A stretch of 64,000 bases of DNA from NCBI RefSeq assembly GCF_044704955.1, contig NC_091981.1, positions 78,430,001 through 78,494,000 of the forward strand, read 5' to 3'. Position numbers and translations under genes: made by a program. Each line of letters begins with the position of its first letter. The stretch's first letter is position 1. Of this stretch, positions 62,650-64,000 are shown one piece after another. Source of the stretch: Pristiophorus japonicus (lineage: Eukaryota). The notes beneath the pieces are model-generated. The model ran no database searches. It was not told the DNA's origin and saw nothing but the letters and a program-made list of their open reading frames with translations.

Positions 62650-62945
62650 TTATGCAGTGTCTCTCATGACCTCAGGATGTCCTAAAGTGCTTTGCAGACA
62701 ATTAATTACTTTTGAAGTGCAGTCATTATTGTAATGTAGGCGAATGCGGCAGCCAATTTACACACAGCAAGATCTCACAAACAGCAATGTGATAATCTGA
62801 TTTGTTTTAGTGATGTTGATTGAGGGATAAATATTGGCAAGGACATTGAGGAGAACTCACCTGCTCTTCTTCGAATAGTGTCACGAGATCTTTTACGTTT
62901 AACTGAGGGAGCAGATATAGCCTCGGTTTAACGTCTCATCCGAGA
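62650..62945 (-). mobile_element. SacSINE1-like SINE, head missing
   Basis: Collinear with 603-905; cctcggtttaacgtctcatccga core. Confidence 0.8.
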
Positions 62946-64000
62946 TTGCTCCAGTAAAACGCTGCGCCAATCGATAAAGCAAATTGTCTTCTTCTGTATT
63001 GTACATTCTATGGTTCTTAACATGCAATGTCAAACAGCTTTTTTAAGATTAAACTGGCAGACTTACCTTGAGCAGTGCAATGGGAGATCAGGGGAGCATT
63101 ATACCATTTAATACACACTGTTATTCTACTACAAAATATAACTGTTGTCGATAGGTTAAGTTCAACACCAGACCAATTCCTGATAGCAAGAAGCTGAGTT
63201 GAGTTAGAAGGCGTTGATTTTCTTGAGATTGGCATCTGATTGAAAATCCCTCGCTCCTTCCACAGGTCAAAATAACCCATAAAACATCTGACTTTTTCTC
63301 TTTTTAAAAAGGTTGTTCAGGCTCTAACAAAATCTGTTGGACACACCCTAGATGCAGGAGACTCCCGTGGCATTGCACATGGAAAGGCAGGTGATGCACT
63401 GTTTTGCGCTATGTAATCCTGATTGCCCCCTCCAGCCCAGACCTCGGCTGGTTTCCAAGTTGGCCGCATTTGCTCCCTCACTGTAGAACCAGCGAGCTGC
63501 CTATGGATTCACGACTGGTGCCCGCAGTTTACCGATAATAAACAGGCCAGCAGATCAATTTTCCTTGGTCCTGCCATTGACTCATAATGCGCGTGCAACA
63601 TGCACAGTTCCAGGATCGGCCCCGAGTATTCCCAAGGCCATTGTTTGGCATCTGGGCCATATTTTGCTACTGTAACAAACTTTGAAGCATGATGTGGGGA
63701 AAAGATGCCCCAGAAAAATTGCTGCACTTTTATCCCCTCTTCAAAACAAATTTTCAAATCTCTTATTCCAGACAAACATTTTAGCTATTCATTTTAATGA
63801 AGAGTTTTGTTCTCTTAACTGATCACTAACTGCAACGAATCATAGCAAAATTCAGAGTCTCCTGGATGCCTTTCTAAAATAAATAGAATAAATCTCAAAG
63901 TTAATTGCATTATGGTAGCAACATCCTTTATGTCCACAAAGGCTTTTCTTTAGCTTAACATCCTCAAAGGACAGATGACTGAAAGTCGTCATGGCAATGC

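Overview
Eukaryotic (vertebrate) DNA; the repeat content (SacSINE1-like DeuSINEs, CR1 LINEs with an esterase ORF1, many Harbinger elements) points to a cartilaginous fish, probably a shark (inference). The only host gene I can see is an unconventional myosin X (MYO10 or a close paralogue) on the minus strand. Nine phase-compatible GT-AG coding exons from 35891 down to 6258 (1964 nt) encode the end of the motor domain, three IQ motifs, the SAH/antiparallel coiled coil, the PEST region and the start of the split PH1/PH2 domains. No MYO10 coding exon was found in 35.9-64 kb. The exon at 35891 starts with the Met used by mammalian 'headless' Myo10, and two candidate non-coding first-exon donors lie in the upstream intron. 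Most of the rest is nested transposable elements: more than ten CR1 copies or fragments, L2 and SINE relics, RTE 3' ends and a structured RTE-tailed non-autonomous element, a Mag-type Gypsy LTR element with only gag and protease inserted 12 bp from a splice donor, three decayed two-gene Harbinger transposons (spliced Myb/SANT gene plus convergent transposase), and about a dozen Harbinger MITEs, including a G-skewed family that carries splice donors. Exon, TIR and TSD coordinates were read by eye; the ends of decayed repeats are approximate. Family names come from recognition, not database searches.
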